IMG/VR virus record: IMGVR_UViG_2934965791_000001
Location: 35,285 to 99,284 of that record
DNA length: 64,000 nt
Strand: one strand, 5' to 3'
DNA from: a virus
Taxonomy: Duplodnaviria; Caudoviricetes
In this document: in pieces, positions 1 through 9,504 of the stretch
Position numbering within the stretch: position 1 is the first letter of the stretch
Layout: each line of letters begins with the position of its first letter
Notes under the pieces: generated by a model
Databases searched by the model: none
Seen by the model: the letters and a program-made list of their open reading frames with translations, nothing else
Told to the model about the DNA's origin: nothing
Position numbers and translations under genes: made by a program

Positions 1-1330
1 ACGTCTGCTTGGCCCGGGCCATCTGGACGTTGAAGAGGCCTTGGGTGGTCTTCCAGCCCTCCACGCTGCTCGACGCGTGGTGAAACGATTCTCCAACCTT
101 GGTGACGCGTTCCTTGAAGCCGTCGGTGTTCTCCCCGGTGAGCATCAGGGTCGTGTTGAGACCCGTGGCACCGCCGGTCATTTTCTTGATCGCGTCGGTG
201 TACGTCGTCGCGGCCGGCCCGCCCCGCTTGAGGGCGTCGTTGAACCCGTGGGACCGCTCGTAGAGGGTCGCGAACTGCTGACCCATGGCGTACTGGTCGG
301 CCGGCAGGTTCTTGATCGACTTGCCGTACGACTTGACCGACACCGAGCCGTCTTGCAGGCCCGTCGCGAGCTTCTTCAGCCCGGGCGGCATCTTGCCGAG
401 CATCGTCGACAGGTCGGTGGCCGCCTGCTTGCTGTTGTTGAACGCCGACAGCAGGACCGTGCCGGACTTGCCCATCTTCCCCAGCACGGTCTGGGTGAGC
501 AGGTCCAGAGTCCCCGTCAGGCCGCGCTTACCCAGGTGCGTCTGCACGTCGGTCGCGGACAGCCCGAAGCGCTGCATCGTGTTGACCGCGACGTTGTTCG
601 GGGCGGCCAGGTTCCGGATGGTGTTCGCGAGTTCCTGCGTGCCCTCCCGGGCCGAGGTGCCGTGCTGGGTTAGGGTCGCGAGAGCGCCGGAGACCTGCTC
701 AAAGCTGATCTTGTTCGCCGAGGCGATCGGCAGGACCGTCGACAGGCTGGAGGCGTATTCCTCCATGGTCATCTTGCCCTCGCCGGCCGCGGTCTTCATG
801 CCGTTCATGACCCGCGTGGCGTCGACCGCCTTGAGGTGATACGACGCCATGACACTGGTCATGGCGTTGGTGACCGACTCCAGCGAGGCGTTCTCCTCGC
901 GGGCGCCCTGGGCGGCCGCGGTGAGCACCTTGACGCCGTCGCCGGCGCGGTACCCGGCCTTTTCGACCTGGTACATGCCGTCGGTGAGATTGTGAATCCC
1001 GGTGCCGGTGCCCTCGGAGATGTCGAGGATGCCCTTGCGGACGGTGGCCAGGCCCTTGGTGGACTCGCCGGCGGCGGTCTGGAGGACGGCCGTCGACGCC
1101 TGGAAGTCGCCGGCCATCTTCACCGAGGCGACCGCGGCGCCGGCCCCGAGCAGGGACACGGAGCGGCCCATCGTGGCGAGGCCGGTGTAGGCCGTCATGC
1201 CGGCCTTCTTGAAGCCGGCCGCGGTGCCGTCGACCTGCGTACGGGCCTGCGCGAGGGTGCCGCGCAGCTGGGTTATGTCGCCCATGAGGCGGACGACGAC
1301 GGGCGGCAGCAGCGTTCCGCCACCGGACAC
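1..1330 (-). CDS. Tail tape measure protein (N-terminal part, runs off the window)
   Basis: GTG at 1330 after a GAAAGGGGGG RBS; reads MSGGGTLLPPVVVRLMGDITQLRGTLAQART...; Ala-rich helical sequence downstream of the tail chaperone genes. Confidence 0.85.
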   Translation of the reverse strand, partial: MSGGGTLLPPVVVRLMGDITQLRGTLAQARTQVDGTAAGFKKAGMTAYTGLATMGRSVSLLGAGAAVASVKMAGDFQASTAVLQTAAGESTKGLATVRKGILDISEGTGTGIHNLTDGMYQVEKAGYRAGDGVKVLTAAAQGAREENASLESVTNAMTSVMASYHLKAVDATRVMNGMKTAAGEGKMTMEEYASSLSTVLPIASANKISFEQVSGALATLTQHGTSAREGTQELANTIRNLAAPNNVAVNTMQRFGLSATDVQTHLGKRGLTGTLDLLTQTVLGKMGKSGTVLLSAFNNSKQAATDLSTMLGKMPPGLKKLATGLQDGSVSVKSYGKSIKNLPADQYAMGQQFATLYERSHGFNDALKRGGPAATTYTDAIKKMTGGATGLNTTLMLTGENTDGFKERVTKVGESFHHASSSVEGWKTTQGLFNVQMARAKQT

Positions 1331-1372
1331 GGGCGCCCCCCCTTTCTCAGGGTTGGGCGCCCCCCGGGCGCG

Positions 1373-1834
1373 TCAGTGGTGACTCATGGCTGCACGCCAG
1401 GCGGAGTAGTAGAGATTCGCGAGCGCGCCGGAGGCGGCGAGCTTTTCGTAGGACGGGCGGACGTAGGGCCGAGGCGGTAGTTCCGTCGCCCCGCCGCGGC
1501 CGGTGATGCCGCCGAGTTCCTGGATCCGGCCATAGACGGCCGTGGGGCCGATCTGCGCCTCCCACCGGCCGCGACCCAGCGGGGTGGGGCCCTTGACGGT
1601 GATGGAGCGGCGCAGGGTGCCGGTGATGAGTGACGGGGGCTCGCCCGGGCGGGACGGTGTCGGCGTGCCGCGGGGGTGGCTGGACGTCGACAGCGTCTGT
1701 TTGATCTCCCGCTCTAGGAGGTGCGACGCCTGCGCGGTCGCCGTGCGGGTCGCCGCGTCGAACGTGCCGACCAAGCCCTCAAGGGCTGCGGTCAGTTGGT
1801 GTAGGCCGATGACCTCGACGGAACTGCCCGACAT
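1373..1834 (-). CDS. HK97 gp10-like tail completion protein
   Basis: Motifs 'TGTLRRSI', 'YGRIQELGG', 'PPRPYVRP'; ATG at 1834. Confidence 0.75.
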   Translation of the reverse strand: MSGSSVEVIGLHQLTAALEGLVGTFDAATRTATAQASHLLEREIKQTLSTSSHPRGTPTPSRPGEPPSLITGTLRRSITVKGPTPLGRGRWEAQIGPTAVYGRIQELGGITGRGGATELPPRPYVRPSYEKLAASGALANLYYSAWRAAMSHH

Positions 1835-1838
1835 GCCG

Positions 1839-2062
1839 TCACCCCCGCTCGGCGTCGCGCATGGCCCGGTCGTGGGCGGCTTCCTTGGCGGCGTCGACTT
1901 CCATCGCCATGAGTGGGAGCCGGGCATCCAGCCACGCCGGGATCTCGTCGACCTGGGCTGGCGTCCACCGGTACCGCTCGGCGTACCAGAGGTAGTCGTA
2001 CGCCTCGTCGACCGGGGTGATCGGGTGCCCGGCGGGGACGTCGTGCCCCTCCAGCCGCGCCC
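1839..2062 (-). CDS. Tail assembly chaperone, frameshift extension (gpT-like)
   Basis: Open -1 frame without an own N-terminal start, directly after the chaperone gene: ARLEGHDVPAGHPITPVDEAYDYLWYAERYRWTPAQVDEIPAWL... Confidence 0.65.
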
Positions 2063-2419
2063 TTAGTCGGCGGAGGGCGCGGTAGGGGACGCCGGGTCCG
2101 TGGCGTCCTTCGCGTCGGGCTTGGCCGGGAACAGGAGCTTCCGGGACTCCTCGACCGCCTCCGAAAGGGCGTCGTCGTCCTCCAGCGGGATCAGGTCCAG
2201 CGACGCCGGCGTCACGTCCGGGATGGGGAACTCGTACGACCAGTCGATGATCAGGACCCGCAGCAGGCCGTTGATGAGGTCGAGGGCCTGCGACAGGTCG
2301 CCGCCGTCGTCCTGGACGGCCCGCATGGCCTTCTGCTTGTCGCCGCGACGCAGGGTGTGGGGGTCGCGGAACTGGACCCAGGCGCCGGAGGGGAGGGTGA
2401 CGCGTTCGGTGGTGGACAT
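2063..2419 (-). CDS. Tail assembly chaperone (gpG-like)
   Basis: 118 aa acidic ORF directly downstream of the tail tube gene. Confidence 0.7.
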   Translation of the reverse strand: MSTTERVTLPSGAWVQFRDPHTLRRGDKQKAMRAVQDDGGDLSQALDLINGLLRVLIIDWSYEFPIPDVTPASLDLIPLEDDDALSEAVEESRKLLFPAKPDAKDATDPASPTAPSAD

Positions 2420-2432
2420 GGCTCTCCTGTCG

Positions 2433-2462
2433 AGGGGGTGAGGGGGTGAGGGGGTGAGGGGG
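2433..2462 (+). repeat. Tandem repeat (AGGGGGTG) x ~4
   Basis: agggggtgagggggtgagggggtgaggggg, intergenic. Confidence 0.9.
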
Positions 2463-3713
2463 TTAGAAGGTGCCGGGCGGCACGTTGTTGGTGATGGACA
2501 CCTTGATCGGGCTGTATCCGCCCGACCCGCCGGCGTTGCTCGTGTTGAACAGGGCCTGGAAGCTGTTGCCGTACTCGACGGCGTTCTTCGTTCCGTCGGC
2601 CTCGGAGTCGGTGAACGCGGCCAGCTGGCAATCCACCTGGAAAGTCAGCTTGTTGACGCCGGTCAGGCCGTTGTCGAGGAGGAGCTGAAGCTGCGGCTGC
2701 GTGTTGTTCAGCATCCAGAGCAGCGGCGACTCGTCGGCCGCGACGAAGTTGAGCTTGCCCTCGACGGACAGGCCGCCGCGCTGGATGACGTACGGGCCCT
2801 GGCTGCCGTTGACCGTGTAGTAAGGGGACAGCTCCCGCTTGATGGTCAGTTCGCCGTCGGTGACGGTGGGGATCAGCGTCGCGCCGGCGGCCGGCCCGCC
2901 GATGCCGACGAGCATGCGCCAGGAGGCGACGGGCAGCACCGTGGACGGGGACGCGACGGGGGCGACGCCGGCCGGGACGGACGGGAACGACGTCCCCTTG
3001 CCCGACCAGGTCAGAAGCTCGCTCTCCGCGTTCCACTTCAGGCCGAGTTCCGACAGGCACAGGCCCGGGTACTGGCGGGCGCCCGACGTCGCGGTCGGGC
3101 CGAGGAAGTGAGTCAGGGTGTGGCTGACGGGCTGCCCGCCACCGGAGTTGAGAAGGCCGTGCGCCTGGGTGAAGGGCGCGGTCACCGGCTGCACGGCCTG
3201 AGTGGCGGCGTGCGTGTAGGCGAGGCCGCCGGTCGGCGTGGCCAGCGGGATGGTGTAGGGGCCGGCGCCGGTCGGGGTACCGGTCACGAAGCACTCGGCG
3301 GTCGCACCGGATCCGATCTGCACGGTCGTGCCAGCGGGGATGGTCGCCGCCGTCTGGATCGAGGTTGCGCCAGCGGTCGCCTGGACGGACAGCGTGGTGC
3401 CGCCCGACCCGGTCGAGGTACCGGTGTACGCGAGGTCGCCGAGGATGTTCCGCAGGAAGAAGCCGATGCCGTCGCCGTAGGCGGGGCCGCCGAGCTCCAC
3501 TTCCGCGATCTTCGTACCGGCGATCTTCGCGAAGGCGTCGTTACCCATACTCCCCCTCCACGACTTGTCGTCGAGGAAGGTGGGGTTGTCCTTGGGCTTG
3601 ACCTCGTCGACGAGGACCGTCGACGTCATCGCGACCGCCGTTCCCTGGACGGCCTCCGTGGCTATGCCTACGAACTGCTTGGCGGGCGCGAAGGTCTGGG
3701 GGGTACCGGCCAC
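2463..3713 (-). CDS. Major tail (tube) protein
   Basis: 416 aa, Gly/Thr-rich; N-terminal 'FVGIATEAVQGTAV'; position in the operon. Confidence 0.75.
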   Translation of the reverse strand: MAGTPQTFAPAKQFVGIATEAVQGTAVAMTSTVLVDEVKPKDNPTFLDDKSWRGSMGNDAFAKIAGTKIAEVELGGPAYGDGIGFFLRNILGDLAYTGTSTGSGGTTLSVQATAGATSIQTAATIPAGTTVQIGSGATAECFVTGTPTGAGPYTIPLATPTGGLAYTHAATQAVQPVTAPFTQAHGLLNSGGGQPVSHTLTHFLGPTATSGARQYPGLCLSELGLKWNAESELLTWSGKGTSFPSVPAGVAPVASPSTVLPVASWRMLVGIGGPAAGATLIPTVTDGELTIKRELSPYYTVNGSQGPYVIQRGGLSVEGKLNFVAADESPLLWMLNNTQPQLQLLLDNGLTGVNKLTFQVDCQLAAFTDSEADGTKNAVEYGNSFQALFNTSNAGGSGGYSPIKVSITNNVPPGTF

Positions 3714-3716
3714 CGG

Positions 3717-4058
3717 TTACTCCTCGTGGGTGAGAGGCCCGGCGTTGTCCGCGGCCTGGTTCGGGGTTCTGGTGGTCTTGGTCCAGCGCCCGTCCGCCGG
3801 CGGCCCGAACGGCCAGTCGAAGACGGTCGCGGGGGCGTCCGGCGTCGCGGCACGGGCGGTGAGCGGGACGTGCGGGTACACGCAGTCGGCGAAGTGCGTG
3901 AACTCGTAGGCGCCGCCCGGCTCGACGCCGGCCGGTACGGGCTCGGCGGGGGCCGGGTCGGACACCACGTCCGGCACGGCCGGCGCGGGCTCGGGAGCCT
4001 CGACGGTCGCCACGTCCTGCGGCGCCGGCTCGTCCTTGGGGGTCTTGGAAATGGGCAT
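3717..4058 (-). CDS. Hypothetical virion-associated protein
   Basis: ATG at 4058 (MPISKTPKDEP); Pro/Ala-rich; in the structural operon. Confidence 0.55.
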   Translation of the reverse strand: MPISKTPKDEPAPQDVATVEAPEPAPAVPDVVSDPAPAEPVPAGVEPGGAYEFTHFADCVYPHVPLTARAATPDAPATVFDWPFGPPADGRWTKTTRTPNQAADNAGPLTHEE

Positions 4059-4101
4059 GCGGACTCCGCAGGCAGAGAGGGTGATCGGGGGGGACGGCCG
4101 G

Positions 4102-4638
4102 TCAGGCGTTGATGAACTCGATGGCTGCGAAGGTGATCTCGACGAAGCTCTTGGTGAGTTCGGCCTTGGTCTCCGGCTGGCTGTACTGGACGTCGATGCC
4201 GTCCATGCCTCCGTCGATGTGCTCGCCGGCCTGGAAGACCGCACCGCCGAGGGTGCGGCTGAGGCGCAGGTGTTCGAGGAGCGCGTCACGCAGGGCGTGC
4301 ACGTCGTCCTGGGCGTCCTCGGCGTAGGCGCAGTTCGAGCGGATGTAGCAGTTGAGGACGACCTCGTACACGACTTGCTTCATGCCGCCGTGCTCGCCGC
4401 CGAGGGCGACCCGGTGCTCGGAGTGCCGGGGGATGAACACGACGATCTGCGCCCCGGTGCGCGTGCCGGGCGGCATGCCCCAGAAGTAATCGCCGTGGTC
4501 GTCGCGCTTGGGCCACGCGCGGCGTACGACGCCGACGCCGGCCTTTGTCAGCGGCGACGATCGGTAGGTACGGCTCTGCTCGTCGTACGCGCCGCCGAGG
4601 TACCGGCAGATGCCGTCAAGTACGGCCTGGACGCTCAC
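4102..4638 (-). CDS. Putative tail terminator/completion protein
   Basis: GTG start overlaps the upstream stop (GTGA); 178 aa; synteny. Confidence 0.55.
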   Translation of the reverse strand: MSVQAVLDGICRYLGGAYDEQSRTYRSSPLTKAGVGVVRRAWPKRDDHGDYFWGMPPGTRTGAQIVVFIPRHSEHRVALGGEHGGMKQVVYEVVLNCYIRSNCAYAEDAQDDVHALRDALLEHLRLSRTLGGAVFQAGEHIDGGMDGIDVQYSQPETKAELTKSFVEITFAAIEFINA

Positions 4639-5483
4639 ATCTGCCTCGTGTAGGAGGTGAGGATGCGCTCGGCCTCGCGTACGAGCCCGGAGCCGTCCTT
4701 GCGGCTGTCCTCCTGCTGGGTGCCGGCGCTCAGCGCCGTGTCCGGGTAGGAGTCCTCGGCCGCGGTGTCGGGGCGCATGAGTTGGCTGATGGTGTAGTTG
4801 ACGACCGCCAGGCGCATTTCCGCGGGCATGCCCGACCAGCCGGAACCCTCGGTGTGGGGGTTCGCGATCGGGGCGGCGAGCGGTACGACGGTCGGGGCCG
4901 GCGAGGTCGTCACGTCCGGCGGTGTCCAGGTCGGGGACACCCGGACGGTCTCCTCGACGCCGGGCTCCCAGAGCCGGTACGTGGCACCGGGCATGACGCC
5001 CGTGGGGTCGGCGACGGTCAGCGACGTGTCGCCCGGGCCGGCGTCCTCGGCGAGGAGCGTGGACACCCAGCCGGCGGTGTACGTGATGTCGACCCACACC
5101 CGGCCACGGGTGGAGACCCGTCCGACGGGGATGAGGATCGTCTGGTTCTTGTCGACCCGGTACGCCGGCGCCGGCAGGTACGCCATGCGGGAGAACGTGG
5201 AGCCGTAGGACACCGCGGCGACGGACAGCACGGGCCGGTCCGACGGGAAGACGACGAGGTTGCCGTCCCGGTCGATACGGCCGTGGGTGCTCAGGTCGAC
5301 GCGGTGCGCGCCGAGGGTCTGGTTACAGATGTTGTCGGCCCACCCAGACGACGCCAGGAGCACGTTCGTCAACTCGGCGGTCTGCGCGGCCGGGTCCATG
5401 ATTCCGGGCCGCAGCGTCTCAACGTCGAGGTAGGTGGGATGGGCGGTGAACTCGGCGGCGGTCACGTACGGGGTGCCGTCCAT
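4635..5483 (-). CDS. Putative head-tail adaptor
   Basis: Starts 'PYVTAAEF'; position after the capsid gene. Confidence 0.6.
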   Translation of the reverse strand: MDGTPYVTAAEFTAHPTYLDVETLRPGIMDPAAQTAELTNVLLASSGWADNICNQTLGAHRVDLSTHGRIDRDGNLVVFPSDRPVLSVAAVSYGSTFSRMAYLPAPAYRVDKNQTILIPVGRVSTRGRVWVDITYTAGWVSTLLAEDAGPGDTSLTVADPTGVMPGATYRLWEPGVEETVRVSPTWTPPDVTTSPAPTVVPLAAPIANPHTEGSGWSGMPAEMRLAVVNYTISQLMRPDTAAEDSYPDTALSAGTQQEDSRKDGSGLVREAERILTSYTRQM

Positions 5484-5512
5484 GGGCGGTCACCTCCTCC
5501 AGTGCCGGCGGG

Positions 5513-5875
5513 TTACTGGTCGTCCGTGGCCTTCGCGGCGGTGGCCCGCTTCGCGGGCGCCTTCTTCGCCGGCGCGGGCTCGGGGGCCGGCGCGACGGGG
5601 GCGGTGAGGGCGGCGGTCGCGGACGCCGCCTTGACGAGCTGCTCGACCGCGCTGAGGAGGGTCGCCGGGTCCTTGCGGCGCTCCAGCTCCTCACCGATGA
5701 GGCGCTGCTGACGCTGAACGTCGTCCTCCCACATCGGCTTGCCACGGTGGTGGAAGCCGGCGAGCCGGTCGGAGACGTCGTCGGGGAAGTCGAAGCCGCC
5801 GGCGTCGTCGGCGTGGAAGGTTCCGAACTCGGGGTCGTCGAGGGTGGTGACGCCCAGGCGCGAGTACAGGCGCAT
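5513..5875 (-). CDS. Hypothetical head-associated protein
   Basis: ATG at 5875 after a GGAG RBS; AKK-rich tail. Confidence 0.6.
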   Translation of the reverse strand: MRLYSRLGVTTLDDPEFGTFHADDAGGFDFPDDVSDRLAGFHHRGKPMWEDDVQRQQRLIGEELERRKDPATLLSAVEQLVKAASATAALTAPVAPAPEPAPAKKAPAKRATAAKATDDQ

Positions 5876-5959
5876 GCCTGCTCCAATCAGGGGGTGAGGG
5901 AAGAGGGCCGACCGCGGGCCGGGGCCCCGCACCACGTGCGGGGCCCCGACGCGGGGCGG

Positions 5960-7456
5960 TTAGCCGACGTTGGAGAGCGTCGCCATGGCGACCGGGGCGC
6001 GGTTGATGAAGGCGCCCACCGACCGGATCTCGAACTCGCGGCGGGGGCCGCCGCCGGCGACGCCCGGGTTACGGCTGATGCCGTAGTCGAACTGCGCGCA
6101 GTCGCGCAGGTTCCGGTACTCCAACACGTTCGTGATGTTGGCCTGGGGAAAAGGCACGCGATCGGTCCTCGCGATGATCGTGCCCGGGGGCAGCGAGGTG
6201 TGGACCTCGATCGGGACGGTCACGCCGCCCGCGGGCGTGTTGACGATCTCGCCGACCCGGCCGCCCGCGGTCACGCTGATGCGGCCGGACTGGTCGGTGT
6301 TGAGGAACGTGGTCGCGCTGGTGGAGCCGAGGACCAGGTTCGCTATCTCCTGGGCCTGCGCGGCGTTCATCATGAGCGCGGTCGGGGACGCCTTGATGGC
6401 GTTCCACAGGTTCAGGAAGATGTAGTTCTCGATCTCCTGAACGCTGCCGCCGGCCAGGGTCAGCGCGGCGCCGTCGAGGCTCTTGAAGACCGACGGGTTC
6501 TGGGTGCCGGTGCCCGGGGTGACCCACTGGCCGTTGCCGTTGTAGTCGCCGGCGAGCGAGGCCATGAAGCCGTCGTAGTCGTTCGCGTTCGCGCTGCCGT
6601 TGTCGGCGGCCGCGTTGAACGTCGGCTTGGTGTTGGCCGCGCCCTTCCAGTTGCTGGACAGGTCCGGGACGGCGGTCCCGGCCGGCAGCGCCTGGTCGGC
6701 GGCGATGACCTTGTTGAAGCTGACCGTGTTGACCGTGGTGGTGGTGTAGTAGAACCACGTGGTCCCGTTCGCCGACTGGAACCAGTCGTAGGCGACGGCG
6801 CCGCGGACGGCCGGCACGGACGCGGTCAGGCTGTTCGTCGAGCCGGACGCGAAGACGGTCGAGCCGCTGTTGCCCTGGCTGTTGCCCGACCCGTAGTAGT
6901 AGCCGGAGCCGGTACGGGCCGCGACACCGACGTACACGGTGGTCGCGCCGATGGTGCCGCCGGTCGCCGCCTGGGCGATGGTCGGCGCGGACGGCCGGGC
7001 CAGCGCGAAGGACTGCGCGCCGAGCAGCTTCCTGTCGTCCCCGATGAGGACCTGGTTCAGGGTCTGGAACGTCGAAACCTGGAAAGGATCGGCGTAGCCC
7101 GTGGCGAGGTCGAAGGCGTCCTGGGTCGCCATGCCGGCGAGGCCCGTCGGCTTGTAACGAGCCTGAAAATCCTGCTCGTTGAAGATGACCTCGTTGGCCG
7201 CGAAGTCCCAGCCCATCGACGGGTCGGGCTGCGCCGCGGTCGTGTCGAGGATCGCGCGCCACACCGCGTACGGGTTACCGTCCGGGCTCTTGACGCGGGC
7301 GACGAGGTCACGGAACGGCGTGACGACCGGGATCATGGAGACGAGCCCGGACAGGTCGTAGCTGTAGAAGCCCGTGTTTTCGAGGATGCCGGTGGTCTGA
7401 GCCTTGGAGATGCTGTCCAGCGTCTCCGCGGTGAGGTTTTCGAGCGCAGCGCTCAA
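5960..7456 (-). CDS. Major capsid protein
   Basis: ~498 aa; likely TTG start at 7456 after AGGAGG; follows the protease/scaffold genes. Confidence 0.7.
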   Translation of the reverse strand: MSAALENLTAETLDSISKAQTTGILENTGFYSYDLSGLVSMIPVVTPFRDLVARVKSPDGNPYAVWRAILDTTAAQPDPSMGWDFAANEVIFNEQDFQARYKPTGLAGMATQDAFDLATGYADPFQVSTFQTLNQVLIGDDRKLLGAQSFALARPSAPTIAQAATGGTIGATTVYVGVAARTGSGYYYGSGNSQGNSGSTVFASGSTNSLTASVPAVRGAVAYDWFQSANGTTWFYYTTTTVNTVSFNKVIAADQALPAGTAVPDLSSNWKGAANTKPTFNAAADNGSANANDYDGFMASLAGDYNGNGQWVTPGTGTQNPSVFKSLDGAALTLAGGSVQEIENYIFLNLWNAIKASPTALMMNAAQAQEIANLVLGSTSATTFLNTDQSGRISVTAGGRVGEIVNTPAGGVTVPIEVHTSLPPGTIIARTDRVPFPQANITNVLEYRNLRDCAQFDYGISRNPGVAGGGPRREFEIRSVGAFINRAPVAMATLSNVG

Positions 7457-7474
7457 GGGGTGCCTCCTGGGCAT

Positions 7475-7510
7475 GAAAAACCCCCGGCGCGTCAGGCGCT
7501 CGGGGGTTCG
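7475..7510 (-). terminator. Intrinsic terminator-like hairpin before the capsid gene
   Basis: Minus strand AACCCCCGAGCGCCTGACGCGCCGGGGGTTTTT. Confidence 0.55.
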
Positions 7511-7534
7511 GGGGGTCTGGGAGGAAGAGAGGCG

Positions 7535-9130
7535 CTACTGGGGGCGCCGCTGGTGAATCGCCTGGAGCGCGGCGATGGCGCCCTTCTGCATCTCGACGGC
7601 GGCCGCGTTCTGGTCCGGCGCGGAGCCGGTGTAGAGCGTCTGCTTCAGCTCGCGGGCCTTGGCCATGTCGATGGGCGCGGCGCCGTTGTCCTGGCCGCGC
7701 ATCATGTGCGCGGGCGGGACGGCACCCTGGGCGAACACACGCGGCTCGGCGGGCTGCTCTTCCAGCGTCCTGACCTGGCCCTTGAGGGTCTCGACGATCT
7801 CCGCCAGTTCCACGATGGCCTCACCGGTCTTGGTGAGCTGTGCCGTGTGGCCGGCGCTGTGTTCGTCGAGCAGTCCCTTGACCATGTCGCGGATGTCGCT
7901 GCTCTTGAGTACGTCCGAGTCGGTGTCGGTGGTCTTGGTGACGTCGTCGGTGGTCGGCGCGACCTCGGCGGCCGCGGCCTCCTTGGTGACGCCTTCGTCG
8001 GCGGGGGTGCCGACCTCGGCGGCAGGCGCCGGCGCGAGGTCGTCGGCGGCCGGCGCGGGCTCGGCCGGGGCGGCCGGCTCGTCGGCGGCGTCGGCCCCCG
8101 AAATGGGGGTGATCTCGGTGGGGTCGACGATGCCCACGAGCTTGCCCTTGGCGTCGTAGACGGCGACCATCGGGGGCTTGCCCTCGCCGTCGGCCTTGCC
8201 GATCGGCTCGGCGGCCGCGGCCGGGGTCTCGACGGTCTCGGGGGCGGTGCCGGTCTCCGGCATGTCGGTCTCCTTCTTGGCGACCGGGCGGCCGCTCTCC
8301 TGGGTGTCGGGGGCGGCCGGCAGCGACGCGAGAACCTTTTGCAGGGACTCGACCGCGGTCCTGATGGCGTTCTCGTTCGCGGCCGACAGGGTCCGGCCCG
8401 CCTTCGCGACCTGGGTGAGGGACTCGATGACGTCGAGCGGGGCGGCGTCGAAGTCGCCGAGGGCCTTGCCGACGGCGTCGAGTTCGGCGGTGCCGCGGAT
8501 GACCTCGGCCTCCTCGTCGACGGCGAACGGCGCGAGGACCGAGATCGCGTAGTCGATGGCGCATGCGGCGTCGTCGAGGTTCATCGCCGAGTCGAAGTCG
8601 CTGCCGTCGCCGGCCGCGGCTTCGAGGAGTTCGCGGTCGGCCATAACGCCGAGCGCGGACTTGGCGCGGGAGAGGATCGAGGTCCACTTCCGGGCGGTCG
8701 CCGCGTCTACTGCCTCCCACGCCGGCGAGCCGGGGGTGTTGGCGTCGCCGGGGGCGTTGCCCTCGGGTTCGGCGAGTACGGCCGTCGGGTCGAGGTCGGC
8801 TTCGGTCGCCATGGTGTCCGCGTCCTTCGTGATGGGGGCGTCGTCGACCAGGCGGCCGCCGGCCTTGTGGATGAGCTGGGCCAGGGCGCCGGGGGTGCCG
8901 GTCATCGTGACCGTCTCCCCCACCGCCGCCTCCGAGGTCGGGGCGGGGTCGGCGGTCTTGCCGATGAGGTCGCGGACGAGGTCTGGCGGCATGAGGCCGG
9001 CCGGGCCGCCGTCGGCGGCGGCCTTGGCCATGAGGAACGGGAGACCGTTCGCCGCCTTGTCGACGAGGTCGACGCGGTCGATGTTGGCGTCGACGAGTTC
9101 GGTGAACTCGTCGTCGGGGGTGTGGGGCAT
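7535..9130 (-). CDS. Scaffold / prohead maturation-associated protein
   Basis: N-terminal 'DRVDLVDKAANG' resembles the prohead-protease SLVDxPAN segment; acidic, Ala-rich, coiled C-terminus. Confidence 0.6.
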   Translation of the reverse strand: MPHTPDDEFTELVDANIDRVDLVDKAANGLPFLMAKAAADGGPAGLMPPDLVRDLIGKTADPAPTSEAAVGETVTMTGTPGALAQLIHKAGGRLVDDAPITKDADTMATEADLDPTAVLAEPEGNAPGDANTPGSPAWEAVDAATARKWTSILSRAKSALGVMADRELLEAAAGDGSDFDSAMNLDDAACAIDYAISVLAPFAVDEEAEVIRGTAELDAVGKALGDFDAAPLDVIESLTQVAKAGRTLSAANENAIRTAVESLQKVLASLPAAPDTQESGRPVAKKETDMPETGTAPETVETPAAAAEPIGKADGEGKPPMVAVYDAKGKLVGIVDPTEITPISGADAADEPAAPAEPAPAADDLAPAPAAEVGTPADEGVTKEAAAAEVAPTTDDVTKTTDTDSDVLKSSDIRDMVKGLLDEHSAGHTAQLTKTGEAIVELAEIVETLKGQVRTLEEQPAEPRVFAQGAVPPAHMMRGQDNGAAPIDMAKARELKQTLYTGSAPDQNAAAVEMQKGAIAALQAIHQRRPQ

Positions 9131-9504
9131 CAGCTACTCCGTGGGGTGATACGGCGCGCCGAGCCCTGCGGCGACCAGCCGGTGACGCGCCCTGACTTGT
9201 AGAGCTGCCAGGCGTGTTCGTCGAGGACCGCGCCGATCAGCCAGTCGCCGGCCTTGACGACGACGTCGCCGAGGTTCCAGTCCGGGCCGCGGTAGATGTA
9301 CGACTCGACGACCTTCGCGGCGCCCTCGGTGCCGTCGGCGTGGAACAGCCCGGTCTCGGGGCCGTTCTGGAGGAACCGCCATGCGGCCTTCTCCAGCTCC
9401 GCGGCGGAGAAAAAGTCACGGCCGCCATCCGCACCCCGCTTGATCATGGGGTCGGGGCCGGCCTGGTAGGCGACGCCGAGCACGTAGCGCTGCTCGTCGG
9501 GCAT
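9130..9504 (-). CDS. XkdF-like putative prohead serine protease
   Basis: 'RYVLGVAY...ELEKAAWRFL...VVESYI...GDWLIG...VTGWSPQG'; ATG at 9504. Confidence 0.7.
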   Translation of the reverse strand: MPDEQRYVLGVAYQAGPDPMIKRGADGGRDFFSAAELEKAAWRFLQNGPETGLFHADGTEGAAKVVESYIYRGPDWNLGDVVVKAGDWLIGAVLDEHAWQLYKSGRVTGWSPQGSARRITPRSS

